Part shown: positions 51,906 to 64,000 of the stretch, one piece after another
How the letters are laid out: every line of letters begins with the position of its first letter
Numbering within the stretch: the first letter of the stretch is position 1
DNA from: Antedon mediterranea
Lineage: Eukaryota; Animalia; Echinodermata
DNA length: 64,000 nucleotides
Assembly (NCBI RefSeq): GCF_964355755.1
Contig: NC_092673.1
Location: forward strand, 29,633,648-29,697,647
Direction of reading: 5' to 3'
The notes under the pieces: model-generated
Databases searched by the model: none
Seen by the model: only the letters and a program-made list of their open reading frames with translations
What the model was told of the DNA's origin: nothing
Program-made: the position numbers and the translations under genes

Positions 51906-53828
51906 GTTTGAAATGAAATTTGCATGTTGGAAGACGGCTCATGAGTCAACTGTAAATATTGGCTTGGAAAAAAAATACTTTGGATTGAAATGGAACATAA
52001 ATTTATGGATGTTGGCTTTATTTTTGTAAAATGCTTCCCAGTCTATGTGTTCATGTAAATTATATATAACCAATATTATTTTAAATATCCATGATATGTG
52101 TTAAATTTTTTTTAAACAAAAAATCTTGTTGTTTTACTTAATAAGGGAAACTGGTGACCAAATTTTGTAATGCAAAAAAAAATAACAATATTATTTTAAA
52201 AAGTCGTACCAATTGCCTGTATAGAGGTGGTGACAATCCGGTATCAATAACAATAATAATTTTATAAGATAGTTTACAATTCTTTCATCAAGAAGAACTT
52301 CCATTCACGTTCTATTATCCTGTGTTGCAGTACCTCTTGCCAGGAATCAAGCCTGGACAACGATTTCCTGATTTATGTTTTAATTTCAGAATATCGACAA
52401 CCGATTTATAAATCAACAGCTAAGTAATCCCACTTAGTAGTGTGCAAAATGTAGTATTTATAATTTTTTTTAAACTAATTTTTAAAGATGTATTGTCCCC
52501 CAAAAACATGAAAAATGAAGATGATTGAAATCAGAGTTTAAATAAGTCATTTAGCAGTTTTATTAAAGTTATTCATTTCCTTTAAAACAAAAATAAAGAA
52601 GACAAAATAAACTGTTAAATTTGACTATTTCTTGCTTCAAATTAAAGGTTTTTTCAGTTAAATAATATTGTTTTCAATCCAATTTCCAACTAATACGGTA
52701 TGTGAATTGTTTTAGTTATTTTTTCAGAGGGACAATATATCTTTAATATTTTTTTTTTGCACCAGATAATAGTAACTTCACACAATATATTTATGATGCT
52801 TTATTACACATGTATGTAAATTACTATATTAATAAAATTGTATTCTTTTTATGTTATATAAACTGACTTTAATAAACAATTAAAACATTTAATAAATAAT
52901 AAAATTGAATTGCTAAAGTCTTCCAGTCCTGCTGAAGACTTTTATGATTTAGAAGACAATGACATTATTAATAACATTATTACAAATGTACGTTTTAATG
53001 TTGCAATTGAATTCATGACCAAATCTGTATGAAATTGTGTATATACATTGAAGATGTGTTTTGATTAGGTTTTATTAATGTGTATTTTGTGATAAATTCA
53101 GGGAGAAAACAAATTCTTGGTTTAAATAGGCCTAGTATGTTTTTTTTTTCAATTTGATAATACAGGATTGTGTATCCTTTCTTGAGTTAAAGATACCATA
53201 CTTCATAGTATTAAATGCTAACACATTACACTTTTTAAATATTCTCTTTTAGAAAGACAATTTGTTAATAATAATAATCATGTCGCGATTGTTATTTAGT
53301 ATAGATTATAATAGCTGTATGCATATCCACTTTTTCTAAGGTTTCTTGTACTATATTTGCCCTACTGTTTTATTGTATCTTATGTAGTTAAATATATTGT
53401 AATATAATTTGTATGTTCAATTCCAATTATGGTTTGTGAGGGGGTATGGTTGGGTGGGGGAGGGGGGTTGCAGTAATCAAGTAGAGGCAGAGATGGGAAT
53501 GTCTGTAAGAACGACCTTGCAGGGTAACAAGCAGTGTGTACTATTCGTTTTTAATGTTTTTAAATACAGAACTTTTATCAAAATTAATTAAAGTAATTAT
53601 CAATATTTTGACCATATCTGCCTTCAGATAATTATTAAGCTTAAATAATATTTAATCTTGTATCACATTATTGGTTTAGATTTTCTTCATTGATTTAAAC
53701 CGAAGTTGATTTTAGATAAAGGAGACGTTTAAGCAAATAAACATACACACAGGGTAGTAGTTAGAGTGACACTTTTGCAAAGAATAAGTGCTTATATATT
53801 GAGAACATTGACAAATTTTGAAGTTATT

Positions 53829-53911
<83 letters not shown>
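53829..53911. repeat. (TAC)n microsatellite
   Basis: Visible directly; explains the poly-Tyr ORF. Confidence 0.97.
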
Positions 53912-53912
<1 letters not shown>

Positions 53913-55819
53913 ATGTAGTTTAATTATATTCAGTCTTTTGTTATTTCTATTGATGTGTGAAAAATGCTCTGTAAAGAACCACGTATATTTTTGTTGTTGA
54001 AGACGTTATAAAACATACATGTTTGTTTTGTTCTTTTTGTTGGCCATGTATATAGTTGCGCTGTGCTGCAGTTTTGTTGGTCTTTTTTCTCATGTATGCT
54101 TGTTATTATTATTGTTTAAATCATCTGAATAAACTATTATAAAACGTTATTATTTTGTGATTTACTACAGCTCAAAATATATACGGATACATAGAAATAT
54201 TATCTCATAATTGAATTTTAAAAACTTTAGATTTTGGCCATTTTCGATCTTTCGAATTTTAAAAACTTTAGATTTTGGCAATTTTTCGAACAAAATCCCT
54301 AAAATGCACTATAGTACAGGGATTTAGTTTTTTATTTATATCAAAAAATAAAAGGGTCGAAAAATGGCTATTTTTCGAAAATTTCCCTGTACTATAGTAC
54401 AGGGATTTAGCCAATAAATATAGCCAATTTTCGACCTTTTTATTTTTTCCATAAAACTTGTTACTATAGAATAATTGACATGCGCAGAACCAAATATTCG
54501 ACTCTGCGCATGTTTATTATGCTATAGTAACCATTTATGTCAAAAAATAGACAAAACTGGTTACTATAGCATGATTGACATGCACAGAACCTAATATTCG
54601 ACTCTGCCCATGTTTATTATGCTATAGTAACCATTTATGTCAAAAAATAAAAGGGTCGAAAAATGGCAATTTTTCGCAAATTTCCCTGTACTATAGTACA
54701 GGGATTTAGCCAATAAATAGGCCTATAGTCAATTTTCGACCTTTTTATTTTTTGATAAAACTGGTTACTATAGAATAATTGACATACGCAGAACCCAATA
54801 TTCGACTCTGCGCATGTTTATTATGCTATAGTAACCATTTATGTCAAAAAATAGACAAAACTGGTTACTATAGCATAATTGACATGCGCAGAACCTAATA
54901 TTCCACTCTGCGCATGTTTATTATGGTATAGCAACTATTTATATCAAAAAATAAAAGGGTTGAAAAATGGCCATTTTTCGAAAATTTCCCTGTACTATAG
55001 TACAGGGATTTAGCCAATAAATATAGCCAATTTTTGACCTTTTTATTTTTTGATAAAACTGGTTACTATAGAATAATTGACATACGCAGAACCCAATATT
55101 CGACTCTGCACATGTTTATTATGCTATAGTAACCATTTATGTCAAAAAATAGACAAAACTGGTTACTATAGCATAATTGACATGCACAGAACCTAATATT
55201 CGACTCTGCCCATGTTTATTATGCTATAGTAACCATTTATGTCAAAAAATAAAAGGGTCGAAAAATGGCCATTTTTCGAAAATTTTCCTGTACTATAGTA
55301 CAGGGATTTAGCCAATAAATATAGCAAATTTTCGACCTTTTTATTTTTTGATAAAACTGGTTACTATAGAATAATTGACATGCGCAGAACCCAATATTTG
55401 ACTCTGCGCATGTTTATTATGCTATAGTAACCATTTATGTAAAAAAATTGACAAAACTGGTTACTATAGCATAATTGACATGCGCAGAACCTAATATTAC
55501 ACTCTGCGCATGTTTATTATGGTATAGCAACTATTTATATCAAAAAATAAAAGGGTCGAAAAATGGCCATTTTTCGAAAATTTCCCTGTACTATAGTACA
55601 GGGATTTAGCCAATAAATATAGCCAATTTTCGACCTTTTTATTTTTCGATAAAACTGGTTACTATAGAATAATTGACATGCGCAGAACCCAATATTCGAC
55701 TCTGCGCATGTTTATTATGCTATAGTAACCAATTATGTCAAAAAATAGAAAAAAACTGGTTACTATAGCATAATTGACATGCGCAGAACCTAATTTTCGA
55801 CTCTGCGTATATTTATTTA

Positions 55820-57627
55820 CGTATCCGGATATTCACCCCCTGGACATTTACCCCCCGGAAAACTACCCCCCGGACAACCACCACCTGGACCACTACCTCC
55901 TTAGGACAACTACCCCTTTAGTAGGACAACTACCCCCCGGACAAATACTCCCCGGACAACTACCCCCCTTAGGACAACAACCCCCTTAGGACAACTACCC
56001 CCTGGACAACTACCCCCGGAAAATTACCCCCTAGGAACAATTACCCCCCCCCCCACTCGGGTAATTACCCCGCGGACAACTACCTCTGAAACAATACTCC
56101 CCGTAGGACAACTACTTCCTGGACAATACTTCGAGGGCAAATAATCTTTTAGGACAACTACTTCCGTAGGACAACTAACCCCTGGACAACTACCCCCCGG
56201 ACAATTACCCACTAGGAACAATTACCCACTAGGAACAATTACCCACTGACAATTACCCCCCGAAGAATTACCACCCCCCCCCCCCCCCACCACCACCGGG
56301 TAAATACCCCGCGGACAACTACCTCTGACACAATACTCCCCGTAGAACAACTACCTCCTGAAAGCTGGACAATACTCCGAGGGAAAATAATCTTTTAGGA
56401 CAACTACCTCCGTAGGACAACTAACCCCTGGACAACTACCACCCAGACAACTATCCAAAAACTACCCCTCGGACGGACAACTACCACCCAGACCATTCAA
56501 CAACCTGACTCTGCAACAGTGTATAATAGGAATTAATAACTATATTTTAATTCGTTACTTTGACGAATTACTATTCATTATTGTAAACAAAAGTAAAAGA
56601 TTGAACATAAATATAGCCTGGTATAAACTGAAGATTGTCACACATGATCATAGGATAGTCGAACGTATTATATAGTACTCCCTGTATTTACTGTAAAGAC
56701 TGGGTTCGCTGATAATAATAATAGTTTTTGCGTCAGGACAATGCTTCGATAACCACTGGTCTTAAAAGAATTAATTTTTGTCTCATATTTGTCATATATG
56801 TATTTTTGTACACTTGAAGAATAATATCACTTTTGATATTTGACCTCAATGTTCACTCACCGAATAAACGGCGATCTTTAAATAAATTCCCCTCAAATAA
56901 ACGGTGACCATGTCACTCCCATGAAACATCATATGGAATAATCGGCGTCTATTTCCATTAGATTATACCCCCTCCCATTGAATAAACAACTTTCTTCCAA
57001 TAATGTCCACCTAAAAACCACCTAAACAATAAACAGCCCAGGCCCTTTTTTCAATAAATACGGTACTTTAAATCTAGCACATCTGTGTTTCGAAACTAGA
57101 GACCCGAGACCAGAGACCCGAGACCCAATACGAAAAGGGAGACCTAAATATACGAAAAGGGAGACCCACGTACGAAAAGGGAGACCCCACTATACGAAAA
57201 GGGAGACCCTAATATACGAAAAGGGAGACCTAAATATACGAAAAGGGAGACCCAAATATACGAAATGGGAGACCCAAATATACGAAAAGGGAGACCCCAC
57301 TATACGAAAAGAGAGACCACACTATACGAAAAGGGAGACCCTAATATACGAAAAGGGAGACCCAAATATAGGTCTCCCTTTTCGTATTGGGTCTCGTGTC
57401 AGGTCTCTGGTCTCGGGTCGGGTCACCCGTCAAAAACAGATGATTTCATTTTTACAGAAACCGGTCCTATATATTTGTCTACTTTTGGATTGGGGGGGGG
57501 GGGGGAGGTTACCCAGGGGGTAGTTATCATAAGGGGGTAGTTGTCCTAAGGGGGGGGGGGGGGGGTTGTTATCCGGGGAGTAGTTGTCCTAAGGGGGTAG
57601 TTGTCCAGGGGTAACTGTCCTAGAACC
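55820..57627. mobile_element. Non-autonomous foldback/Mutator-like DNA element with inverted GGACAACTACCCC repeat arrays and an 8-9 bp target duplication
   Basis: Left array 55830-56490 and inverted right array 57490-57620; flanks ATTTATTTA / ATTTATTA; removing it restores the 300-bp satellite phase. Superfamily assignment is inference. Confidence 0.8.
57101..57419. mobile_element. Palindromic MITE-like element with an internal 22-bp tandem array (TACGAAAAGGGAGACCYAAATA, about 11 copies)
   Basis: 57101-57146 pairs with 57369-57419 (GACCCGAGACCAGAGACC...GGTCTCTGGTCTCGGGTC). Confidence 0.8.
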
Positions 57628-58960
57628 ATTTATTATGCTATAGTAAACATTTATGTCCAAAAATAAAAGGGTCGAAAAATGGCCATTTTTCAAAAATTTT
57701 CCTGTACTATAGTACAGGGATTTAGCCAATAGCCAATTTTCGACCTTATTTTTTTATAAAACTGGTTACTATAGAATAATTGACATGCGCAGAACCCAAT
57801 ATTCGACTCTGCACATGTTTAATATGCTATAGTAACCATTTATGTCAAAAAATAGACAAAAATGGTTACTATAGCATAATTGACATGCGCAGAACCTAAT
57901 ATTCGACTCTGCGCATGTTTATTATGCTATAGTAACCATTTATGTCAAAAAATATGGTACTATAAAATGATCATAAAGCAATATATGATTATATACAGCA
58001 ATATTATCGCATAATTGAATTTAAAAAACTTGATATTTTGGCAATTTTTCGGAAAAATCCCTGTACTATAGTACAGGAATTTTTTCGAAATATATCACCA
58101 TTTTTTACTCATGTGCAGACGCAATGTTCTCTGCGCATGTTACCTTAAGACATATTTTAATGTTGATAATTTGGCCATTTTCCACAAAAATCCCTGTATT
58201 TTTTTTTTTACTTTCTAAAAACCCATGTATTTGCATTTTTCTAAAAAATGCATGTACAGGGATTATTCAATTTATCCAGGATAAACACATGTCTCTACAA
58301 TACAATGAGATGACTAAAAATACATAACAAAAAAACTTCAGACTCATGTACGTCTCATTGCCACATCAATTCATTGTACAAAACAGATAAACTCAACATT
58401 ATTTGTAAACTTCACAAGATTTCCTAGTAGCACTACAATCAGCAAAAGTGATTTATTATAATATTATAATAAATGATTAATTGTTGTCTTGCAGCAACCA
58501 GGGTGACGTGTGCTGGAAGCAGATGCTTACAAGCAGTTAGTGCCAGTACTTAAGCTTCATATAACACTAATTAACCCAAAGCTTATGCATAATTATCCCC
58601 ATTCTACAATCCTAGGTACATTGCAAGTATTTACCCCATTTTTTTATGTTTGATAATAGGCATCTTTTTATTATGTTGGATATTATTAATTACTGACATT
58701 TTAATATGCGTGGTACAACTAATTTCAACATTAAAGCCAATTAATAATGTTGTAAATAGTCTTCCAGAAGAACAAATATTCCTGTCCTCCCCTTCTTCGC
58801 ATTCAAATGGAGCAAGCCTTTTGGCTACGCAAACTACAGTTGCTAAGCAACGGATGATAAACAAGCTTGAAGGAATGTAATGTTAGCTGTAAACGCATCG
58901 TTGCCAACATGGATCGCTCCTTGCGGGCACAAATACAATATTTATATCGTGACTCAAACA

Positions 58961-59113
58961 CTACACTATCAAACTTTATGTGACCAAAAAATGTGATGTG
59001 CTCATATATGGTAGTGATATGCCCAAATATGGTAGTGAAATGACATTGTCATGTCCTTATATGAGCACATCACATTTTCTTGTCACATAAAGTTTCATAG
59101 TGTAGATAGAGCT
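58961..59113. mobile_element. Second copy of the same Harbinger-like MITE family
   Basis: TIRs CTACACTATCAAACTTTATGTGAC / GTCACATAAAGTTTCATAGTGTAG; ends AGAGCT-TAA. Confidence 0.75.
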
Positions 59114-59361
59114 TAACATTGCTGAGTAGCTGTTTTATACAATATATTTCATTACACTCTACCGAGTATATTGTTTTTTGCGTCGATATTTTACGAACAG
59201 GAGAACAATGCTTGACCTTTAGCTGTCTCTTCCAAGATTTGTTGCCATTTCATTGTATTTATGAGCAGTTTGCTTTGGCCAAGAATATATATAAAAAAAT
59301 CGCACAATTATTTGCCAAATACAAACATGTATGCTGGCTGCCCAGAGGGTAGGTTTTACCC

Positions 59362-59367
59362 TTTATT
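59362..59367 (-). terminator. Candidate CCT7 polyadenylation signal AATAAA
   Basis: TTTATT on +, about 80 nt past the CCT7 stop. Confidence 0.5.
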
Positions 59368-59446
59368 TCAACTGAAAAGCTAACTTTAGGCCAGGTACAT
59401 ATAAATTCTACATTTCAGTATAACATTATGCTTACGATTAGTACGC

Positions 59447-59664
59447 TTAGAATGGTCTACCTCTCCCACGTCCTCTTGGTGCTCCGCCGCCATCTTGAGA
59501 CGATTTTGGATTTTTTACAGTCTCGTCTACGGACAGAACTAAGCATGCCGCCTCGGAAGCTGCAGTGAGAGCGTTGATTTTCACGATAGATGGTTCCCAC
59601 ACAAATGCTTCTAGGTTATCCGCTATATCTTCTTTGAGAATGTCTACGCCATACCAAGTACCAC
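59447..59664 (-). CDS. CCT7: CCT7 last exon: [72 protein letters not shown]
   Basis: ttgtag acceptor on the minus strand; 218 nt; TAA at 59449-59447. Confidence 0.96.
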
Positions 59665-61936
59665 CTACAAAACGAAATGACGGAAATTGATTATGTCACA
59701 CGCAGGTCACACCCTCTATGGCACGTAGGTCAACAAACAAGTCACGCTATTCCAAGTGAAAAAAGAAATTGGAAACAAATTCAGAATAAAAAGTAGCATT
59801 CAGAGAAACAAAATCAGGATAGATGGCCTTTGACATGATTTAGTATGATATGGTTTTCGGCACGGTGAATTTTTCCCTATCATAAGTTAAAGGTCAAATT
59901 ATAACGCCTTGTTTGGAACACCACCTATACAGGACAGCTTCTTATAAAACAAACAAGATAGGTCACTCCTATTAAGGGGACATTTTGTTGTGTTATTTGT
60001 TATCCCCTTATTAAAGGTTTTCGGTACGGAGAATTTTTCCCTATCATAGATTAAAGGTCAAATTATAACCTCTTGCCTGAAACACCACCTATACAGGACA
60101 GCTTCTTATAAAACAACACTCCTATTAAGGGGACATTTTGTTGTTTTGTTGGTTATCCCTATATGAAAGAATCTATGCAGTTGAAAACCTCAGGACGATC
60201 CAAGTGTACCATATAATATATTATTGTTTTATTTGGTTTTGTGAAAAAAATACACCTTTCATAATTCCCATATGTTATGTTTATAGAACTACTATCTCAT
60301 TGTGTTATGCTATGATATAATTAAAAATATATATATACTGGTCTTTTAATACAGGCTCAATATATTTTATAAATATTCTGCTTGAGGAACAAAACCGTCA
60401 AAGAATGGCAACAAATTGAAGGAAATCTTCGACCAAAATTAGGTTAATGCGTTTTTATTTATAGAACGCTAGTAATTACAATGGAAATTTAATTATCACT
60501 TCTGGGATACTTTTTTTCTTTTGTTTGCCCTTTCGAGTTAATAGTTTTTTTCAATTCTAATACACTTAGGGAGCAGTGTAATGATTTGGATGGTTCTTTA
60601 CTATTGATAAACATAAAATATTTGAATACTTTTGGATGCTCAATCTTTGTAGGAATTTTAGATTTTTTAACATTCTGATACACTCAGGGGGCAGTGTAGA
60701 CATTTAGAAGATTTGATATTACACTTACAAGTAATGCAGTACAATTTTTTTCTTTTAAGGGAACACTTTATAAGGTGAAAACAATGAACAGCCAAGCCTT
60801 ATAAGTTTTATCGAAAATAGCTTGATTTCGCGAGAAACGTCATTGCACAATGGGAAGGGTTTGGGAGCAATAGCGCCGCTGTATAATACAAACATTATAT
60901 ACTAATGGTGGCGCTATTTCTCCCAAAGCCTTTCCATTATGCAACGCTCACGCAATTTGCGATAAACTATATTTGTTGGGGTTCTGAAGGTTTCCTCTTT
61001 TTTATTCTAATTATCTTTTTTTTTTTTAAATGGGCACATGAACTTAATGCGACTAATTCTCATTACTGTATCTCCACATCTGGTATTACGTGCAGTATCA
61101 TAGGCAATTCTTTTCTGTAATACACTGTTACATAGCCCAGGGCCAAGACAAAATACAGTAGCCATGTAATCCTAAAATGTGCAGTCGCCAGCAACACAAC
61201 CTTCTTCATACAGTTGCAAACCGGTTGCAGTTGCAAACACGTTTGCTAGTGTAGACAAGGCTTTAGACAACCCCTAGCTAGGGGTCAGTCAGTTATTGCG
61301 TACATAAAGAAACAAGTTAATTACCTTGTGCATGCTTCTGTCTCAACTTATTCAGTATATTAGTTGCGTCAAAGCCAGCATTGTCACATAACTGTCTTGG
61401 AATTATTTCCAATGCCTTGGCAAATGCCCCTATAAGGATTTGCTGTTTACCAGCTATTGTGCGTGAATAATCTCTTAAATACTTGCTTAGTTCCATCTCA
61501 ATGGCTCCACCACCTGTAAGAAATAAAATATGATATGGTAGTACAGTTGAAGCCCTGCTAGAGACACCTCTATTCAGGGGGCATCTTCTGTACCATAAGG
61601 GGATACTGTTTAATGAAATGAACAAGGAAAATCCCCTGATCTGGTCTCTAGTTTGAAAAAGGTACTTCAGGAATAAAGGATGACTCTTTCAAACATGCCA
61701 AAGCCCTAGCTACAGTAGTGTTTTTGGGGTAAATTAAGATGTTTTTCAATAATAGCATACAAATCTGCCAAGTCTTAACCATACCTGCAACAATTGAATC
61801 ATTTTTAATTGTCCGTCTGACAATCATAATAGCGTCATGTAGGGATCTCTCCGTCTCCTCAATGAACTGCTCTGCACCTCCTCTTAAGATCAGCGTACAT
61901 GTCTTAGCATTTGGACATCCTGTAAACAGATTGTAC
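59447..61936 (-). CDS. CCT7: T-complex protein 1 subunit eta (CCT-eta), 5'-partial: complement(join(59447..59664,61325..61513,61785..61936))
   Basis: Group II chaperonin motifs [47 protein letters not shown] and VWEP...SVDET, plus the CCT7-type RGRGRGRP tail. GT-AG introns with consistent phases. Confidence 0.96.
59852..60160. repeat. Two-copy tandem duplication, period 164 bp, in the last CCT7 intron
   Basis: GGTTTTCGG.ACGG.GAATTTTTCCCTATCATA...AACACCACCTATACAGGACAGCTTCTTATAAAACAA occurs at 59852 and 60016. Confidence 0.9.
60803..60969. mobile_element. Old palindromic MITE-like element
   Basis: 60843-60877 pairs imperfectly with 60910-60944 (TTGGGAGCAATAGCGCC / GGCGCTATTTCTCCCAA); weaker pairing continues outward. 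Confidence 0.7.
61212..61262. mobile_element. Isolated Harbinger-like MITE end
   Basis: The reverse strand reads TAA-AGCCTTGTCTACACTAGCAAAC, similar to the TIR at 2650-2671. Confidence 0.4.
61325..61513 (-). CDS. CCT7: CCT7 penultimate exon: [24 protein letters not shown]...LRQKHAQ
   Basis: 189 nt; ttacag acceptor and gtaatt donor; inside ORF 61317..61625. Confidence 0.96.
61785..61936 (-). CDS. CCT7: CCT7 exon: [50 protein letters not shown]
   Basis: 152 nt; ttacag acceptor and gtatgg donor; inside ORF 61648..61950. Confidence 0.96.
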
Positions 61937-62019
61937 CTGTAACAGATCAAAACAATAATATATATTATATAAGAATTTATAAATCCAAAGGCAAATTACT
62001 GAAAAATTGACAATGCTGT

Positions 62020-62156
62020 TATATATTTTTTTATCTTTTAATTCATACACAACAGTGGGTAACTCGTTCATTACAGGATGGATAAACTATTGTCAGGATT
62101 GAAACCCGGACCTTGGGATGGTAAGGCAAGCACGTTAACCACCAAGCTACAGCTCC
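62020..62156 (-). mobile_element. tRNA-derived SINE remnant
   Basis: Minus strand GGAGCTGTAGCTTGGTGGTTAA (A box) ... GGGTTTCAATCCTG (B-box-like), followed by an A-rich tail; no complete cloverleaf. Confidence 0.6.
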
Positions 62157-63540
62157 ACTAGAAAATATTGTTGAAGCTGAAAATAGATAGTAGTGAGGGT
62201 TACAAATGAACACACGATTCTACTAGATGCCAATTGTACATAACTATGTTGTTTTCATCTCTGTACATATTGGACACACCTTAGCCATTGTTTTATCTTT
62301 AGCTATATATCTTAAATCAATTAAATAATTAAAAGACTTTAATTTAATGTTCCTTTGTTTGATATCTTTTTGTAAAACAGACTTTTTGTCTTCCGAATCT
62401 ACCAGTTCTGGTTGTGTACAGTATACCGATTTTTAATTGATTATATCAAGGTGAAATCTAGATTGTAAACACAGTTATCTCAAGCATCCACTAAAGTGTA
62501 TTATAATGTATTCATCATTATTATTTTACGTGGCAATGCTGTGTATCCATTGTACAGGGAGCGGACATCTCCAACATGATGTAATAATAATGGAATTTAA
62601 ACGCATTCTGTATACGAAAATAAAATAATTGAAACCATGTTATTTTCTCTTTGAATAACGCAGAGTGTTGTTTACACAGTATAAGAGGATAACATGTGTA
62701 TTCATTTATCACTCATCACAGGGGTTGATCAGTTTAAATTACGAGCCTAATATTAGCCATCGCGACCATAAGGGACGTCGATTGTTGTTGGGCTAACCGC
62801 TACATCAATAACATCCTAGACAGGTATTAAAAAAAAACAACAACGAAACGTGCAACAACAGAACGAGACAACAAGACCGGTGACATTACGTTCTTATGTG
62901 ATTGCTTCACGTATTTTAAATAAGTTAGTGATTTACAAATCAAGCATATGTAATAATATTGAGTTGAAAGTGAAAGTGTTGGTTTCATTATCAGACCATT
63001 ACACAGAATCCTCCAGACACCCCCTACATCATTACAGCCAGTCTTCTATTTACAATTCACACCTAAACCTTAAAAAAAATCTACAGCTTGTCAAGTTCAA
63101 AAAGTTGCGTGAACATGTGGAACAAACTTGCTTTAACATCAACGATTAGCAACTAAATACCGTGTGACACTCTTTGGCAACACAGAACTGATTTGATTCA
63201 TTTTGACTGACAATCACAAGCTATGTGACATCACTGTTAATCTGATTATTGAGATAAGAACCCGCTGTAGTCGGAGACTGTACCCTACTTTCAAATCCTC
63301 CATGCGACACTACCATAGCCCACTATGTTCTTATCAACTGTTTATTATTTTGACTTCTTATAGATCTTTCTCCACCTAATTTCAAAACAACAGTCACCTA
63401 CGAAACCACTGGATACCTTTCAATAGTAATACCTAAATACTTTTTAACTTATTCGATCCCATCGACTTTTCTAGCTTCATTCCTGGCTGGTGGATGTGGA
63501 AAAAACACCATAGAGTATACTAACGTAAAAGATGCACTTA

Positions 63541-63787
63541 ACACAGGCATATTTAGACCGTATTCACATGGGCATATTTGGACTGTATTCAAATGTGCAT
63601 ATTAAGACTGTATTCACACTAAAATATGTGGACAGTGTCTACATGGGTATATTAGGACAGTGTTCACACAGGTATACAGTATATGAACAGTACTGACATG
63701 GGTATATTTAGACCGTATCCACACAGGCAAATTTAGACCGTATTCACATGGGCATATTTGGACAGTGTTCACACAGGTATATTTAGA
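63541..63787. repeat. Diverged 25-bp minisatellite ACAYRGGYATATTTRGAC.GTRTTC, about 10 copies, in a CCT7 intron
   Basis: Tandem periodicity is visible directly. Confidence 0.85.
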
Positions 63788-64000
63788 AAGACTGGTACTT
63801 TCAATACTTCACATTCACACACAACAAACTACAAATCACCTGCTTACAATTAAAATAGAACTTGTTATCTAGATGACCTTTCTAAAATGTCACAAAAAAT
63901 TAGCTTACATCTGTGAAACTGAACAAAATGTATCAAAATTGTAGAATGTTACGAATCCAATTTGATAAGGTTAAATAGGATGCCCAATTGTGAATTTCCA

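Larger units (their letters stand above)
50739..54150 (+). other. Probable long COE 3' UTR, with a distal AATAAA at 54128-54133
   Basis: U-rich, TGTA-rich sequence after the stop, ending at an AATAAA just before the satellite. Earlier AATAAAs also exist, so the end is uncertain. Confidence 0.5.
54180..58270. repeat. ~300-bp-unit satellite made of palindromic modules, about 6 units plus degenerate flanks, interrupted at 55820-57627
   Basis: The 22-bp palindrome TCCCTGTACTATAGTACAGGGA (or a 1-nt variant) occurs at 54384, 54683, 54987, ~55285, 55583 and 57699. Each unit also has two ~88-bp hairpin modules. Confidence 0.93.

Noticed and set aside
9985-57540. Low-complexity ORFs (IYIY, CPYIATL, poly-His, poly-Tyr, GQLPP, KGDP)
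   Set aside because: They are translations of micro- or minisatellites and TE subrepeats.
61542-61650. TA-CAGTTGAAGCCC... as a Tc1/mariner MITE end
   Set aside because: No matching second TIR was found, so it is not listed as a feature.
62093-62156. tRNA gene
   Set aside because: A and B boxes are present, but acceptor and anticodon stems do not close; treated as a SINE head.
63363-63450. Minus-strand LGGERS resembling CCT7 IGGER, and a nearby KYLGITI resembling a LINE reverse-transcriptase motif
   Set aside because: No GT donor after GGER, no upstream chaperonin sequence, and stops in frame. The LINE hint is too short to call.

Overview
AT-rich, intron-containing animal DNA from an invertebrate bilaterian; nothing prokaryotic is present. 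Two convergent partial genes are visible. (1) A Collier/Olf/EBF (COE) transcription factor on +, with eight coding exons from 43260 to the stop at 50738, covering the end of the DNA-binding domain, IPT/TIG, a single-helix-2 HLH and the Ser/Pro-rich tail. Its preceding exon ([23 protein letters not shown] in known COEs) was not found, so bases 1-43259 are most simply one very large COE intron. (2) The last three exons of chaperonin subunit CCT7 on -, 61936 to 59447. The gap between their 3' ends is filled by a ~4 kb satellite built from palindromes, interrupted by a 1.8 kb foldback-type element that itself carries a palindromic MITE. The best leads are 13 near-consensus COE/EBF binding sites in GC-richer islands of the COE intron (possible autoregulation), several candidate cryptic or alternative exons, and the nested palindrome complex. 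All were found by eye, none was tested statistically, and I cannot claim a proven new system.
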